From NCBI GenBank assembly GCA_014905635.1, contig JABVCE010000028.1, positions 482,511-502,510 on the forward strand: DNA of 20,000 bases, read 5' to 3'. The notes under the pieces are model-generated. The model made no database searches. It was given only the letters and a program-made list of their open reading frames with translations, and was not told where the DNA came from. Of the stretch, positions 19,354-20,000 are shown piece after piece. Each line of letters starts with the position of its first letter. Positions within the stretch are counted from its first letter, which is position 1. The stretch comes from Scenedesmus sp. PABB004 (taxonomy: Eukaryota). The translations under genes were made by a program, and so were the position numbers.

Positions 19354-20000
19354 TCACTTGCCCAGCTGCTTCGCGACCGCGAGGCCCGCGCCGACGGCGT
19401 ACGCCAGCAGCACGGGCGCCGCCCACGCGCCGGCGTTGTGCGGCGCGCGGCCGCGCCCGTCGCGCCCTGCAGTGCCAGGTCGTACGGCTCGGCGAAGCTC
19501 CGGCCCTCGCCCGCGACCGCCTCGAGGCCCTCCCCTGCGTAGCTGACCAGGGGCGAGACCTCCACCCCCTCCTCGCACTCCACCACCGCACCCTGGAGCT
19601 CCACCCAGCTGCGCGGCGACCGCGCGGCGGCGCGGGGGTGGGCGGCTGCGCCGCGCGGCGGCTGCGCGCGGCGGCTGGGGCCGTGGCCCGGCGCACGGGC
19701 TCGCGGCGCCGTGGTGTGCGCCGCGCCGCGCGCCGCGCCGCGCCTGGTGGTGAGCGCGAGCAGGTCGCCCGCCGCGAGCTCCGGCTCGGTGACCGCGAGG
19801 TGCGGCCCGCCGCCGAGCACGGGGCTAAACTCCTCGTCGCGCTCGACTGCCAGGTACGCGAGCGCCGCGCCCGCGAGCGGCCCCGGCGCGCCGCCGCCGG
19901 CGCCGCCGCCCGCGCCCGAGGGCGTGTCGGGGCCCGCCGCGTCCGCGAAGACGTCGGTGATGCACCGCGTCGGCACGTAGCCCTCGACCTGCTTCGGCGG
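19354..20000 (-). CDS. UDP-N-acetylglucosamine pyrophosphorylase-like protein, 3' part (divergent; starts beyond the right edge)
   Basis: Exon 20000-19744 (PPKQVEGYVPTRCITDVFAD...LAYLAVERDEEFSPVLGGG...LLALTT), GC-AG intron 19743-19609, exon from 19608 (SWVELQGAVVECEEGVEVSPLVSYAGEGLE). EVSPLVSYAGEGLE and V.R.EEF.PV are UAP1/AGX-family C-terminal signatures. Stop at 19354 assumes a 1-nt frameshift near 19450; uncorrected, the frame runs to 19182. Confidence 0.8.

Noticed and set aside
19609..19743. In-frame 45-aa Arg/Ala/Pro insertion in the UAP-like ORF
   Set aside because: Better explained as a 135-nt GC-AG intron; removing it restores the family spacing LLALTT-SWVE.
1..20000. Many long overlapping Arg/Ala/Pro/Gly-rich ORFs on both strands
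   Set aside because: Expected from stop-codon scarcity at this GC content; they read through introns or lie antisense to real exons.

Overview
Eukaryotic, extremely GC-rich (roughly 80% by eye), intron-dense DNA typical of a chlorophyte green alga (Sphaeropleales-like; inferred from GTGCG/GTGAG...GCAG introns, TGTAA poly(A) signals and gene content). Most ORFs in the supplied track are GC-content artefacts; the genes had to be assembled exon by exon. Five genes are supported: (1) the 5' part of a CRAL-TRIO/Sec14 lipid-binding protein (- strand, runs off the left edge); (2) a reticulon-domain protein with a zinc-finger-like N-terminus and polyQ linker (+); (3) a ~38-exon secreted copper radical oxidase (AA5, glyoxal/galactose oxidase family) with six WSC domains, a Ser-Pro repeat stalk, an intact Cys-Tyr/Tyr-His/His site and an extra C-terminal CBM-like domain (-); (4) a FAE1-type 3-ketoacyl-CoA synthase head-to-head with the oxidase (+); (5) the 3' part of a UDP-GlcNAc pyrophosphorylase-like gene that appears to have lost conserved substrate-binding residues and may end in a membrane anchor (-). 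About one intron in ten uses a GC donor. Five apparent single-base deletions break reading frames and are most likely sequencing errors. No RNA genes, CRISPR arrays or recognisable transposons were seen.
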